Assembly: GCA_029259175.1 (NCBI GenBank) | Contig: JAPDJH010000008.1 | Coordinates: 1 to 18,798, forward strand | Direction of reading: 5' to 3' | Origin: Hadesarchaea archaeon | GTDB taxonomy: Archaea > Hadarchaeota > Hadarchaeia > Hadarchaeales > Hadarchaeaceae | Length of the DNA stretch: 18,798 nt | Shown here: positions 7,020 to 16,532 of the stretch, one piece after another | Layout: each line of letters begins with the position of its first letter | Position numbering within the stretch: the stretch's first letter is position 1 | Program-made: the position numbers and the translations under genes | Notes under the pieces: model-generated | Told to the model about the DNA's origin: nothing | What the model saw: only the letters and a program-made list of their open reading frames with translations | Database searches by the model: none

Positions 7020-9863
7020 TCACACAAACCTTCGGAAAAGTGCCTCCCTCTCTTTTGCGAGCACTAGCTCGAACAGTCTCCTGCCCGGCTTTCTCACTCT
7101 GCTCAAGATCTCTCGGGCGGCCGAGGGGGTAATCCCGCGGCCAGCCAGAACCAGCAGGGCGGATCGGCCGTATTTGGAAACCAGCTTTGACGATTCGACC
7201 AGCTGCCGCCACAACCGCGTGGTCTTGCCCCGCTCCCGGAACTCGATCGCTCTGCGAACCTCGCTCTCCGCCGCATCCGCCACCCCCAGACGGGCTGAGC
7301 CACACACGGGACAAGACGGCGGATCACCTAGCTCGTAGACCTTGCGCTCCCCAACAAAACGTCTGCATTCCAGACACGCCACCGTGAGCACCTCGCTCAT
7401 GAGCCGCGCCTCCGCTGACGCGAGCGCCAGCATTCTCAAACGCCGCGGGGTCACCGGCTCCAGCGTGTGATACGGTCTCTTCCAGAACTCTTCTGAAATG
7501 GGAGAGGGGTGCTCTCGGACGCCCAGCGAGACTGTTTCGATTTCTCCCCGACGAATCCCGCCCAGCACCTCCAGCGTACGCTCAAAATCGAAATCCTTCG
7601 TGGCCGCCTCCCTGAATGCCTCCTCAAACGCTGGTGTGCCGCGGAGCGAACGAACCAATCTGTCGAGCACTGCACTCGTAAGCTCTGCCTCCTCACGCAG
7701 CACCCCCATCCTGCGCGCCACCTGCGCCAATCGCCATCTGAAGAACCGGCTGTTCTCAATCATCTCCCTCAAATCTCTCCGGCATCTCTCCACTGTCGTC
7801 TCCCGCAGGATTTGAATCACGTCTTCGGGGCGCACCAGCTCCGATCTCAGCACCACCCGATAGGGATCCATTGTGACACCCACCGTGACGCCTAGATCTC
7901 TTGAAAACCGGTGCGCGAGCAATCTTGCAAGAGTTCGATTCACCAGAGTTCCGAAACACGCATTGACCACGCAGAGATCTCCCACGCGCTCAACCGTGAT
8001 GCGGCGATGCGTCGGCAATGCAAGACCCGATCGCACCTGCATTTGCACGGGTGCAAACGCTCGACGCACAACTTGCTTGTCTGCCCGGAGTTCCTCGGCC
8101 ATCCGAGCGCAAGCGTGGTCCAAGCCGCGCTGTAAAAAGTGTGCAAACCTTTCCCTCAATCTCCCCACCTCCTGCGCAACCGCAAACGGCACCGGAATTT
8201 CTTCTCCTATCCACGTGGGGATGGCGCCCAGCGGGTCCTCCTCGCGCCTCACGTAGACCTTGCGCCTGAACACCTGCACTATCCTCCACACCTGCCCCCC
8301 CATCACGAATTTTACCCCCGGCTCCCCGTACTCCGCCATGAAGGACTCGTCGAGTATTCCCACGGGCTGCCCCTGCTCCTCATCCACCACCAAGTACTGC
8401 TTGAACTCCGGAATCATCGAGAGGTTGTTGAAGTAGTATTCGAAGAGACGCTTGCTCCGCCCCGCACGAGTGAAACGATTTTCTCCTTCCATGCGCATCA
8501 ATTTTCGTTCTAAACTCTCGCCGAACTTGACTACTTCCACGACCGTCTCATGCCTCAGCTCTCTGAACGGATAAGCCCGCCTGAAGAGTTCTGTTGTCTC
8601 TTTCACCTCACCCTCTCTACCCCCTATAAGCTCCGCTGCCAGCCCATGCAGCAACACATCCAGCGGACAGCGAGGAATGGGTGTTGGCTCCAGCTGTCCG
8701 CGTCGCGCCAGCTCTGCGAGCACCAACGACTCCACCGCATCATCCGGATCCTGCACCACGATCACCCCGCGAGCCGTCTCCCCTATGCGATGCCCGCTTC
8801 GGCCCACCCGCTGCACCAAGCGCGTCACCTGTCTCGGAGAGTTGTACTGGATCACCAGATCCACGGACCCTATGTCCAGACCAAGCTCCATCGAGGACGT
8901 GCAAATGATTCCGCGCAGGTCTCCCCGCTTCAAACCGCGCTCCACGCGCACCCGTGCGTGACTGGAAAGCGAACCGTGGTGCACCTCGACCGGAAAACGC
9001 ATATCCCACAGCTTGAACCGGCTGCCCAAGATCTCCGCCATTGGTCTAGTATTGGTGAACACCAGCGTGGAGCGGTGTTTCTCTATGAGCTCCCGCATAA
9101 TACGCAGCCGTGCGGCCACATCGGGGAAAGTGTAGAGCTTCTGGGCCAATTCCTTGTCTGAAGTGTGTGCCTCGGGATAAACGATTTGGAACTCCATCTG
9201 CCTGTGAACCGTGACATCGACCACCTCGCATGAACGCCCCACGCCCACCAAGAACTGAGCAACCTCCCGCGGACTGCCTACTGTGGCCGACAAGCCTATT
9301 AGCTGAAAATCTCCGCCCTTGATCTTTCGCAACCTCTCCAGCGTGACCGCCAGCTGCGCCCCCCGCTTGTTGTCCGCAAGCTCGTGCACCTCGTCCACGA
9401 TCACCCAACGCAGAGAGCGCAGATAGCGGCTCAACCGTCTCCCCAGCAGAAAAATCTGAAGGGTCTCGGGCGTGGTCACCACCACATCGGGCGGACTGAG
9501 CGCCTGGGTTCTGCGCTCGCGAACATCGGTATCCCCATGACGCACCACCACACGCACGTCCAGCGCCCGGCACCACCACTCCAGTCGCTCCAGCATGTCG
9601 CGATTGAGTGCGCGCAAAGGGGTCACATAGATCACCTTGATTCCGGGCTCGCGCGTTCCCGAAAGCAGGAGCTGGTGCAGAACCGGCAAAAACGCTGCTT
9701 CGGTCTTCCCAGTCCCCGTCGGTGCGATCAGCAACACGTTTTTACCCTCCAAAATCTTCGGAATGGCCTCAGCCTGCGGAAGCGTCGGCTCTGAGAACCC
9801 GCGCTGATCCAACAGCCGCCGCAGGGGCTTCGCCAACAAATCAAAGACATTCATGGTTTCCAT
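7020..9863 (-). CDS. lhr: Lhr-family SF2 ATP-dependent helicase with C-terminal CxxC..CxxC zinc finger
   Basis: APTGTGKT, TPLRALNRD, TTPETL, DEVHE, GLSAT, HHGSLS, SSMELGLD.G, QRVGRSGH; C-terminal CLEC/CPVC. Start is 9863 or 9854. Confidence 0.95.
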   Translation of the reverse strand: METMNVFDLLAKPLRRLLDQRGFSEPTLPQAEAIPKILEGKNVLLIAPTGTGKTEAAFLPVLHQLLLSGTREPGIKVIYVTPLRALNRDMLERLEWWCRALDVRVVVRHGDTDVRERRTQALSPPDVVVTTPETLQIFLLGRRLSRYLRSLRWVIVDEVHELADNKRGAQLAVTLERLRKIKGGDFQLIGLSATVGSPREVAQFLVGVGRSCEVVDVTVHRQMEFQIVYPEAHTSDKELAQKLYTFPDVAARLRIMRELIEKHRSTLVFTNTRPMAEILGSRFKLWDMRFPVEVHHGSLSSHARVRVERGLKRGDLRGIICTSSMELGLDIGSVDLVIQYNSPRQVTRLVQRVGRSGHRIGETARGVIVVQDPDDAVESLVLAELARRGQLEPTPIPRCPLDVLLHGLAAELIGGREGEVKETTELFRRAYPFRELRHETVVEVVKFGESLERKLMRMEGENRFTRAGRSKRLFEYYFNNLSMIPEFKQYLVVDEEQGQPVGILDESFMAEYGEPGVKFVMGGQVWRIVQVFRRKVYVRREEDPLGAIPTWIGEEIPVPFAVAQEVGRLRERFAHFLQRGLDHACARMAEELRADKQVVRRAFAPVQMQVRSGLALPTHRRITVERVGDLCVVNACFGTLVNRTLARLLAHRFSRDLGVTVGVTMDPYRVVLRSELVRPEDVIQILRETTVERCRRDLREMIENSRFFRWRLAQVARRMGVLREEAELTSAVLDRLVRSLRGTPAFEEAFREAATKDFDFERTLEVLGGIRRGEIETVSLGVREHPSPISEEFWKRPYHTLEPVTPRRLRMLALASAEARLMSEVLTVACLECRRFVGERKVYELGDPPSCPVCGSARLGVADAAESEVRRAIEFRERGKTTRLWRQLVESSKLVSKYGRSALLVLAGRGITPSAAREILSRVRKPGRRLFELVLAKEREALFRRFV

Positions 9864-9973
9864 TACACTTGTCGCTTCTCCGATATGAATTTCCTAGTGT
9901 CAGTCCATCTCCAAAGGTCAAGGTCAGCAGTCCAACCACAAACCACTTTAGCCCTCATCGAGAGAAGAATAGG

Positions 9974-10720
9974 ATGCAAGTCCACATCGGATGCTGTGGG
10001 TGGTCCACGTCAAAAACCAACTACTTCCGGCTTTTCAACACGATCGAACTCCAGTCCACTTTCTACAAGCTGCCACGGCTCGAAACCGCCCAGCGATGGC
10101 GATCCGAACTTCCCGATGGTTTCGTCCTCTGCGCCAAGGCTTGGCAGGGTATTACGCATCCCCCAACGAGTCCCACGTGGCGCAGATCGGGCTTGAAACC
10201 GCCCGAACTTCAGCGCAAAGCGTACGGCCTGCTGAGACCAACACAGGACAACTTCGGGGCTTGGGAACTCACCCGTGCGGTGTGCGAAGCTGCCGGTGTA
10301 CGCCTGTGCGTGATCCAGTGCCCACCGAGCTTCAAGCCCACGAAAGAGCACGTCTCAAATATGGGCGCTTTCCTCTCCAAAATTGAACGAGGAGATCTCG
10401 TGTTGGCATGGGAGCCGCGCGGTGAGTGGCTCCAGAACCCCGACTTGATCAAAAAACTGTGCAAGCGACTGGACTTGGTGCACGCCGTCGACCCCCTGCG
10501 CGCGCCACCCCAGCACTTCGGCAAGCGAAGCATCGCCTACTTCCGGCTCCACGGATTCGGAAAGCCCTCCATGTACAACTACAAATACTCCGCCACCGAG
10601 CTGAAACACCTCGCCCAGATCGTTTCGGGTCTGAAAGTCCGAGAGGTGTTCTGCATGTTCAACAACGTCCACATGCTGGACGACGCCAAACGTTTCCAAC
10701 GGATCTTGAGCAAAGCCTAG
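9974..10720 (+). CDS. DUF72 (YecE/UPF0759) TIM-barrel protein
   Basis: IGCCGW, ELQSTFY, KAWQGITH, QCPPSF, WEPRG, VDPL, YFRLHG, FNN motifs. The real start is probably ATG 9974, since the longer ORF overlaps lhr. Confidence 0.93.
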   Translation: MQVHIGCCGWSTSKTNYFRLFNTIELQSTFYKLPRLETAQRWRSELPDGFVLCAKAWQGITHPPTSPTWRRSGLKPPELQRKAYGLLRPTQDNFGAWELTRAVCEAAGVRLCVIQCPPSFKPTKEHVSNMGAFLSKIERGDLVLAWEPRGEWLQNPDLIKKLCKRLDLVHAVDPLRAPPQHFGKRSIAYFRLHGFGKPSMYNYKYSATELKHLAQIVSGLKVREVFCMFNNVHMLDDAKRFQRILSKA

Positions 10721-10746
10721 CGAAAAAAACCAAAGAGGGACCAGCC

Positions 10747-11412
10747 ATGGGCTGCCGGATCCATTTGCTCGCCGGCGTCGGGTTTGACTCCAACGTGTAT
10801 CTGATCGAGGACGAAAAGATCGCCCTGATCGACGCCGGAACTGGACGCCTTCATGACGCTCTGATGGAAAACGTGCGCGAACGGGGTGTCGATCCCGAGG
10901 ACATCGAACTCCTGATCAACACCCACTGCCACTACGACCACACGGGCGGAGACCACAAGCTCTCAGAAGCCACCGGCTGTCGAGTTCTCATTCATGAATT
11001 GGAGCAGCGAGTTCTCGAGGAGGGCGACAACGTGCTCTCATGTGCGGTGCTCTTCGGCGAGCGCTTGCGACCGGTCAGAGTCCACCGTGCGCTGCGCGAG
11101 AACGACCTGATCGAGCTTGGCGCCCTCGCCCTCCGAGTCCTTCATACCCCCGGGCACACCGCCGGCAGCATTTGCTTACACGATCCGGATCGCGGCGTGC
11201 TCTTCACCGGAGACACCGTGTTCACAGATGGTGTCGGACGCACCGATCTTCCCACGGGAAGCGCAAGCGAACTCGTCGCCAGCCTGAAACGCCTAAACCA
11301 GTTGAAAGTGAGAGAGCTCTATCCTGGTCACGGCCCTCCAAACGACCGCGACCCTCGCCGCTCCCTGCGATCTGCTCTGGACTTCCTTTTAACACAGCAC
11401 ACGATAGAATAA
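10747..11412 (+). CDS. MBL-fold metallo-hydrolase (glyoxalase II-like)
   Basis: DSNVYLI, LIDAGTG, NTHCHYDHTGG, HTPGHTAGSIC, FTGDTVF, GRTDLP.G, PGHG; ATG 10747 with GAGGGA SD. Confidence 0.93.
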   Translation: MGCRIHLLAGVGFDSNVYLIEDEKIALIDAGTGRLHDALMENVRERGVDPEDIELLINTHCHYDHTGGDHKLSEATGCRVLIHELEQRVLEEGDNVLSCAVLFGERLRPVRVHRALRENDLIELGALALRVLHTPGHTAGSICLHDPDRGVLFTGDTVFTDGVGRTDLPTGSASELVASLKRLNQLKVRELYPGHGPPNDRDPRRSLRSALDFLLTQHTIE

Positions 11413-11422
11413 AGGGGGCGAG

Positions 11423-13045
11423 ATGGGACTAGCAACACGTTCGGCCATGCTCCTGAGCTTGCTTTTCGGACTTCTCTTTGCTATTCTGATGGCCCTCGGC
11501 CTCTATTTCGGGATTTCCACCGGCGCAGTACTGCTCCTAGCCATGCTCATAGTCCTCGCGCAGTACGCCCTCGGCCCACTCCTGCTAGATCACATATTCA
11601 ACATTCAGTGGGTTGACCCCGCGAGCGTGGATCCGGAACTTGCTCGTTTCATCCAAAACACGTGCCAGCGCTTGGGGATCCGGCCACCGCGCTTCGGCCT
11701 GATCGACGACGGGAATCCAAACGCCTTCACTTACGGACACTACCGCGGAAACGCCCGCCTCGTCATTACCCGCGGCATCTTGGATCTGCTCGACCCCGAC
11801 GAACGGAAAGCCGTGGTGGGACACGAGCTCGGACACATCCGAAACCGGGATTTCATGGTGATGACTCTCGCCACCGCAGTGCCCATCGCGCTTTACGTGC
11901 TGGCCCGTAGCGCGCTCTGGGGCTCCAGCGGTCGCGGACGAGGTGCGGGATATCTGGCTCTCGTGGCCTTTGTTTCCTACCTTGTCTATATTGTCAGCCA
12001 CTACTTGGCGTTGCTGCTCTCCCGCACGCGCGAGTACTACGCCGACGAGGTCTCCGCGCAGCTCACCCGCAATCCAAACGCCCTTTCCAGTGCTCTCATC
12101 AAAATCGCCTACGGTCTGGCACGTGCACCACCACGCGCCGAGGACTGGGATCGTGACACGCGGGGGATGATCCGACACGATGGGGCGCGCGGACTGGGCA
12201 TCTTCGATCCAGCAGTCGCTCGGTCTCTTGCCCTCACAGCCTCCGGTGCCGGAGCGTCGCTGACCCCCGGAGCCGTGGAGGACGCGATGTACTGGGATCT
12301 GTGGAATCCGTGGGGACGCTTCTACGAACTCGCCTCCACCCATCCGCTCCCAGCCAAGCGAATTAGACGGCTTGGGGAACTCGCCCAGCGAATGGGAATC
12401 GCCCCCCGCTACCGCTTCGACCGAGCTCCGCCCGAATCGTACTGGGACGAGTTCCTCATAGACCTCGTGATAGCGCTGCTCCCCCTGCTGCTTCCGGTGG
12501 TTGTGCTGGGCGCCCTCTTCGTGCTGCCATCCACAGCCGGTTTCCTCTCCCTGCCTGTCCTGCCCGGTCTGCTCCTGATATCCGCAGGTCTGGGGGTGCT
12601 CGTCAAGACCCTCATTACCTATCCTAGGGGATTCAAAGAATGGCAAGTTCGCGGTCTGGTACGCCAGATCAAGGTCTCGTCGGTGCGAGCAATACCGGCC
12701 CGCCTCCGCGGAAAGATCATCGGGCGCGGGGTCCCGGGACTCTTCTGGAGCGAAGACTTGGTGCTCCAGGACGACACTGGCTTCATCGTGCTCGACTATC
12801 ACCAGCCCTGGGCCCTGCTGAACTTTCTCTTTGGAGTCCACAGGGCTCGCGAGTTTGTTGGAAAGGACGCTGAAGCCACGGGATGGTACCGGAGGGGTCC
12901 AGCGCCCAGATTAGAACTCTACCAGCTCAAAACCGACGATCTCTCGGCCAAGTGCTGGACCTACCACTCAAAACTCCTGCTGGGCGCCCTTCTTTTCGGT
13001 CTCGGCGCCCTGTGGTACTGGGTGACCGCCGTCTTGCTTGGCTGA
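11423..13045 (+). CDS. htpX: HtpX-like M48 membrane zinc metalloprotease with long C-terminal extension (540 aa)
   Basis: PNAFTYG, HELGH, LSRTREYYAD, STHP...KRI motifs; multiple TM segments. Confidence 0.88.
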   Translation: MGLATRSAMLLSLLFGLLFAILMALGLYFGISTGAVLLLAMLIVLAQYALGPLLLDHIFNIQWVDPASVDPELARFIQNTCQRLGIRPPRFGLIDDGNPNAFTYGHYRGNARLVITRGILDLLDPDERKAVVGHELGHIRNRDFMVMTLATAVPIALYVLARSALWGSSGRGRGAGYLALVAFVSYLVYIVSHYLALLLSRTREYYADEVSAQLTRNPNALSSALIKIAYGLARAPPRAEDWDRDTRGMIRHDGARGLGIFDPAVARSLALTASGAGASLTPGAVEDAMYWDLWNPWGRFYELASTHPLPAKRIRRLGELAQRMGIAPRYRFDRAPPESYWDEFLIDLVIALLPLLLPVVVLGALFVLPSTAGFLSLPVLPGLLLISAGLGVLVKTLITYPRGFKEWQVRGLVRQIKVSSVRAIPARLRGKIIGRGVPGLFWSEDLVLQDDTGFIVLDYHQPWALLNFLFGVHRAREFVGKDAEATGWYRRGPAPRLELYQLKTDDLSAKCWTYHSKLLLGALLFGLGALWYWVTAVLLG

Positions 13046-13060
13046 GCGTGGTGGCTCCCC

Positions 13061-13300
13061 ATGCATCCCCGCGAGGTCCTCAATCGGCTGAAATGGTACG
13101 AAAAAACCCTCGAACGCGCAACCGTGGCCATCGTGCACCGTGGCGCACCGGCAGACATCAAAGAGATCGCCGGCAACCGTATCAAAAGGCTCGGCCGCGG
13201 TTTTATGACGGTCGAGCAGCCCGGCGGCGAGGTGGAAATCCCCTACCACCGAATTGTGAAAATAGCAGTAAACGGTAAGGTGGTGTGGGAGCGGAGCTGA
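13061..13300 (+). CDS. DUF504/UPF0248 (MJ1316-like) small protein
   Basis: PREVLNRLKW, HRGAP, IPYHRI..I...G.VVWER motifs. Confidence 0.9.
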   Translation: MHPREVLNRLKWYEKTLERATVAIVHRGAPADIKEIAGNRIKRLGRGFMTVEQPGGEVEIPYHRIVKIAVNGKVVWERS

Positions 13301-14467
13301 ATGGAGTTCCTGCTAGCGATTCTGGTGCTCTTCCTCTACGCCAAAGTCTTGGGCGAGGTGTTCCACTACTTCGGATTCCCCTCGCTCGTTGGAGAGGTGC
13401 TCGTGGGGATCGTGCTTGGGCCCGCCCTGCTCGGATGGGTCTCGCCCACAGACGCGCACATCGAAGGGGTGGCGATGCTGGGTCTGGTGGTGCTCATGCT
13501 CGTGGCCGGCATGAACTCGCGATTCGACTTGCTCGCCAAGCTCAAATTCAAATCGGCTCTCATATCGATACCCGCAGCGGCCCTCTCCTTTCTCTTCGCC
13601 TTTTCAATCCCCTACACGCTCGGGCTGAGTCTCACCACCTCTCTCTTCATTGGGGCGGCACTCACCAACACCTCGACAGACATCCTGGCCCGAGTGGTGG
13701 AGCGCCATCGCCTCGGACCGGTTCTCATGGGCGCGGCGCTCATTGACGATATCCTTGCTGTGTACATCATCGGGATCATCTCGGTCATGGCGCTCGGCCA
13801 AGCCATTGACGTGATAAGTGTGCTCCGGGTGACCGTCCTGATCGTAATCTTCTTCATCGCAATCGCATACGTGTCACGAGAGCTCTTGGTCAAGCGTAAT
13901 GTGATGCGTCCCCTGTGGAGATTCGAAGAGCGCGGAGGACCGATCGCCTTTGCTTTGTGCCTCGCGCTAGCACTCGCGGTCGTCGCCCACCAGATAGGCC
14001 TGCACTTCATTATCGGAGCCTACATGGCGGGACTCTTCATCAGCAGGTTGCGAGAGCGCAGAACGCCCACTCTGATCAGCCGCATCCAGCTAAACAAGAT
14101 CTTGGAGGACGTCAGCGTGGCCCTCGAGTCGGTGCTCACCCCCATTTTCTTCGCCTTTGTGGGCCTCCAACTCGCGCCCGATTGGGCCAACCTGAACTAC
14201 ACCTTGCTCGGTGGTCTAATAGTGGCGGCCTTCGGTGGAAAGTTCTTGGGCGGACTAGCGGGAGCGCGAGCCGCTGGGTACAAACGGGAAAGCGCGGCGA
14301 TAGGAGTTGCAATGTGCTCCCGGGGGGCGCTGGAACTCGCGTTGCTCCACTTCGGACTCAGCGCGGGGGTAATCGGGGTCGACATCTTCTCCTCCATGGT
14401 GTTGCTGGTGATGCTCACCGCTGTGCTCTCACCCATCGGGTTCAAGTACGCGGCGGAGCGCATTTGA
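13301..14467 (+). CDS. Cation:proton antiporter (CPA2, NapA/Kef-type)
   Basis: PSLVGEVLVGIVLGP, TNTS, AALIDDI, IIGAYMAGL, PIFFAFVGL, GKFLGG, SRG motifs; about 12 TM segments. Confidence 0.93.
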   Translation: MEFLLAILVLFLYAKVLGEVFHYFGFPSLVGEVLVGIVLGPALLGWVSPTDAHIEGVAMLGLVVLMLVAGMNSRFDLLAKLKFKSALISIPAAALSFLFAFSIPYTLGLSLTTSLFIGAALTNTSTDILARVVERHRLGPVLMGAALIDDILAVYIIGIISVMALGQAIDVISVLRVTVLIVIFFIAIAYVSRELLVKRNVMRPLWRFEERGGPIAFALCLALALAVVAHQIGLHFIIGAYMAGLFISRLRERRTPTLISRIQLNKILEDVSVALESVLTPIFFAFVGLQLAPDWANLNYTLLGGLIVAAFGGKFLGGLAGARAAGYKRESAAIGVAMCSRGALELALLHFGLSAGVIGVDIFSSMVLLVMLTAVLSPIGFKYAAERI

Positions 14468-14470
14468 GGA

Positions 14471-14486
14471 TTTAAAAGAAACCTCC
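14471..14486 (+). promoter_or_regulatory. TATA-containing promoter element TTTAAAAGAAACCTCC (variant copy 3)
   Basis: 14/16 match to TTTATAAGCAACCTCC upstream of the pilin-like operon; lies directly upstream of the hypothetical ORF. Confidence 0.55.
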
Positions 14487-14510
14487 GCGCAAAGCGTGGG
14501 CGGGGACTTT

Positions 14511-14798
14511 GTGAGCAAGCCGGGACTTACCGAACTCATCCACGCGATGATGCTCGAGGGGTACCGGCCCCAAGAGATCCACCAAATCCTCACGAGCGCT
14601 GGTTATCCATCCACCGACACGTGGCTGCTGATCGAGAAAATCCACTCCCTGCTCGAGGATATGGAAATAGAGCCCAGAACCGATCGGCTGCAAAAAATCG
14701 TTAGGGCTGAACTGGAGAGGTTCAGAGCGGAGCTCGTGGGCGAAATCGAAAGAACTGTGCGCTCACTCCTGCACAAAAGAAAAGGGCCGCAGGGATAG
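14511..14798 (+). CDS. Hypothetical small helical protein (about 95 aa)
   Basis: Protein-like composition and its own TATA element. GTG 14511 preceded by GGCGGGG is preferred over GTG 14496. C-terminal half looks amphipathic/coiled-coil. Confidence 0.7.
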   Translation: MSKPGLTELIHAMMLEGYRPQEIHQILTSAGYPSTDTWLLIEKIHSLLEDMEIEPRTDRLQKIVRAELERFRAELVGEIERTVRSLLHKRKGPQG

Positions 14799-16532
14799 AA
14801 CCACCACCCTCGTGTCGAACTCCCGCTCTCCCATCCCTTCGCGCCGAGCGTATGGGAGGTGAAGCCATCCTGCATCCGTGGGCTGTGGGAGAACGGGGTT
14901 CTGCGAATCGATCACCTCTTCCACCCCCTCTCCCACGCGGACAACAATCCGGACTTGGCCCCACCACACGTAGAGATCGAAGAACGGAAGCCCCACGGGG
15001 GTCGCTGTGGGGGCACCGAACAAGCCCGCCGGATCCTCCCGATGGTATTCCACGCTTTCAATCGATAGTTCGTGATACACCGCCACGCCCGAGTCCGAGA
15101 CGACCGGAGGTGCCGTCCTGTAGTAAAGTTCTCGGTTGAAGGGAAGCGTCAAGCGGGGCACCGACGGGATTTCCAGCATCTCCCTCTGCTCAGCCTGGGG
15201 CTCCAAGCGGCACAAAGTATCAAGGTCGGACACCATCCCCTCCAGCGTCAGGCGCAGCGCCGGAATGGACTCCACCGGGGCGTGCAAGTAAAACGGGACG
15301 CGTTTTTCCACCCGCTGGGGCGGATCTCCCTCGTAGGACTCCGCCACCCTCCACACGGGATCGGGGAGCTCGAGCAGCTCTTGCAAACGGTTTTCAGCCG
15401 TGCCCACCTTCCAGGAGCTGTTCTCGTTCTCAACCACCTCACACAACACATTTTCTGCACGCTCTAGCGCCTCCTCTATCAAGCTGAAGGTGCTTTCAAT
15501 CCGATCCAGGAGCTGGTTCGACGCTAGCGCCTCCCACAGGGCCTCCTCCATTCCTCCGTTTCCCATGCTGAGATCCGCGAGCGCTTGGCGATACGCAGAG
15601 CGAGCCTTTCCGACCCAGATCTTCACATCGCGAATCCACCCGATCGCGTGTGAAAAATCGTTGGAGTCGAGCGCAGAAATCGCCTCACCGACACCTTCCT
15701 CGGCCTTTTGGAGTTCGGAAGCGCAAGTGCTCAAGAGATCTCCAAGCTGGTCAAGTCCATCAAGACTCGCAAGAGAGAGCCCTTCGGTGTGAACCAGCTG
15801 GTCAACACCAGTGAGAACGGACGCCGCCCCATAGGGATCGAACGCCCCAAACACCTGCTTTTCCTCGAGCACCCACGCGCTCTCGAACAGGAGCTTCTCA
15901 ACACGAGGACTGAGCGTTATCCTTCCGCCCAGCCAGGCCTCTCCCCACATGCGGGCGTACTCCAGCTTCCACCAATCATTCAATCCATCCGAGAGTTCAT
16001 CTAAGAAGCGCCCCATTAGATTCTCCAGCAGGAAGAACCGGGACGCCACCACGACCGATAGAGTCCTCGCCGGAAGCGACAAGCGGACTGATGCGTCGGG
16101 TGTGCGCGTCTCTATCCGGACGGTTTCAGAAATCGTTGCTAGAACTCGCCCATCGGGTAGCGGCTTGAGATCCACTGCGCCCACAGCCGGGGGCAATGAA
16201 ATCCTGATCCCGATCTGGTTCTCAAACAACGCAGACCACTCACACACCCAAGACCAAAAGCGAGCGCTCGCAATGAGTTCAACCATGTGCTCGTCAAAGT
16301 ATCCCCTTCGCTCGCACTCCACAAGCGCGTTCTCCACGGCCAGCCGAAGCAGCGATTTCAGTCTGGCCCTTACGTGCTGAACCTGCCATTCTTGGTCGAG
16401 CAGGGCTTCTGAAACGGTCTTCGACAGCGCCTGATGGTGACCGTGAAGCGAGAAGACAGCGCTCCACACAAATCCCATCAGAACCAAGACAACACCGACC
16501 AGACTCAGAGGTGCAAGTCCTCGTGAGCGCAT
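14763..16532 (-). CDS. Large (589 aa) class III signal peptide protein, putative minor pilin/adhesin
   Basis: ATG 16532 in TGATG overlap; MRSRG|LAPLSLVGVVLVLMGFVWSAVF; helical coiled-coil-like middle and beta-rich C-terminus. Confidence 0.72.
   Translation of the reverse strand: MRSRGLAPLSLVGVVLVLMGFVWSAVFSLHGHHQALSKTVSEALLDQEWQVQHVRARLKSLLRLAVENALVECERRGYFDEHMVELIASARFWSWVCEWSALFENQIGIRISLPPAVGAVDLKPLPDGRVLATISETVRIETRTPDASVRLSLPARTLSVVVASRFFLLENLMGRFLDELSDGLNDWWKLEYARMWGEAWLGGRITLSPRVEKLLFESAWVLEEKQVFGAFDPYGAASVLTGVDQLVHTEGLSLASLDGLDQLGDLLSTCASELQKAEEGVGEAISALDSNDFSHAIGWIRDVKIWVGKARSAYRQALADLSMGNGGMEEALWEALASNQLLDRIESTFSLIEEALERAENVLCEVVENENSSWKVGTAENRLQELLELPDPVWRVAESYEGDPPQRVEKRVPFYLHAPVESIPALRLTLEGMVSDLDTLCRLEPQAEQREMLEIPSVPRLTLPFNRELYYRTAPPVVSDSGVAVYHELSIESVEYHREDPAGLFGAPTATPVGLPFFDLYVWWGQVRIVVRVGEGVEEVIDSQNPVLPQPTDAGWLHLPYARREGMGEREFDTRVVVLSLRPFSFVQE

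Noticed and set aside
9722-9973. N-terminal extension of the DUF72 ORF (likewise 10426-10746 for the MBL gene and 16533-16655 for the large pilin-like gene)
   Set aside because: The extensions overlap neighbouring genes, and family motifs or SD/overlap signals point to starts at 9974, 10747 and 16532.
11585-12841. 418-aa minus-strand ORF
   Set aside because: Antisense shadow of htpX with no recognisable motifs.
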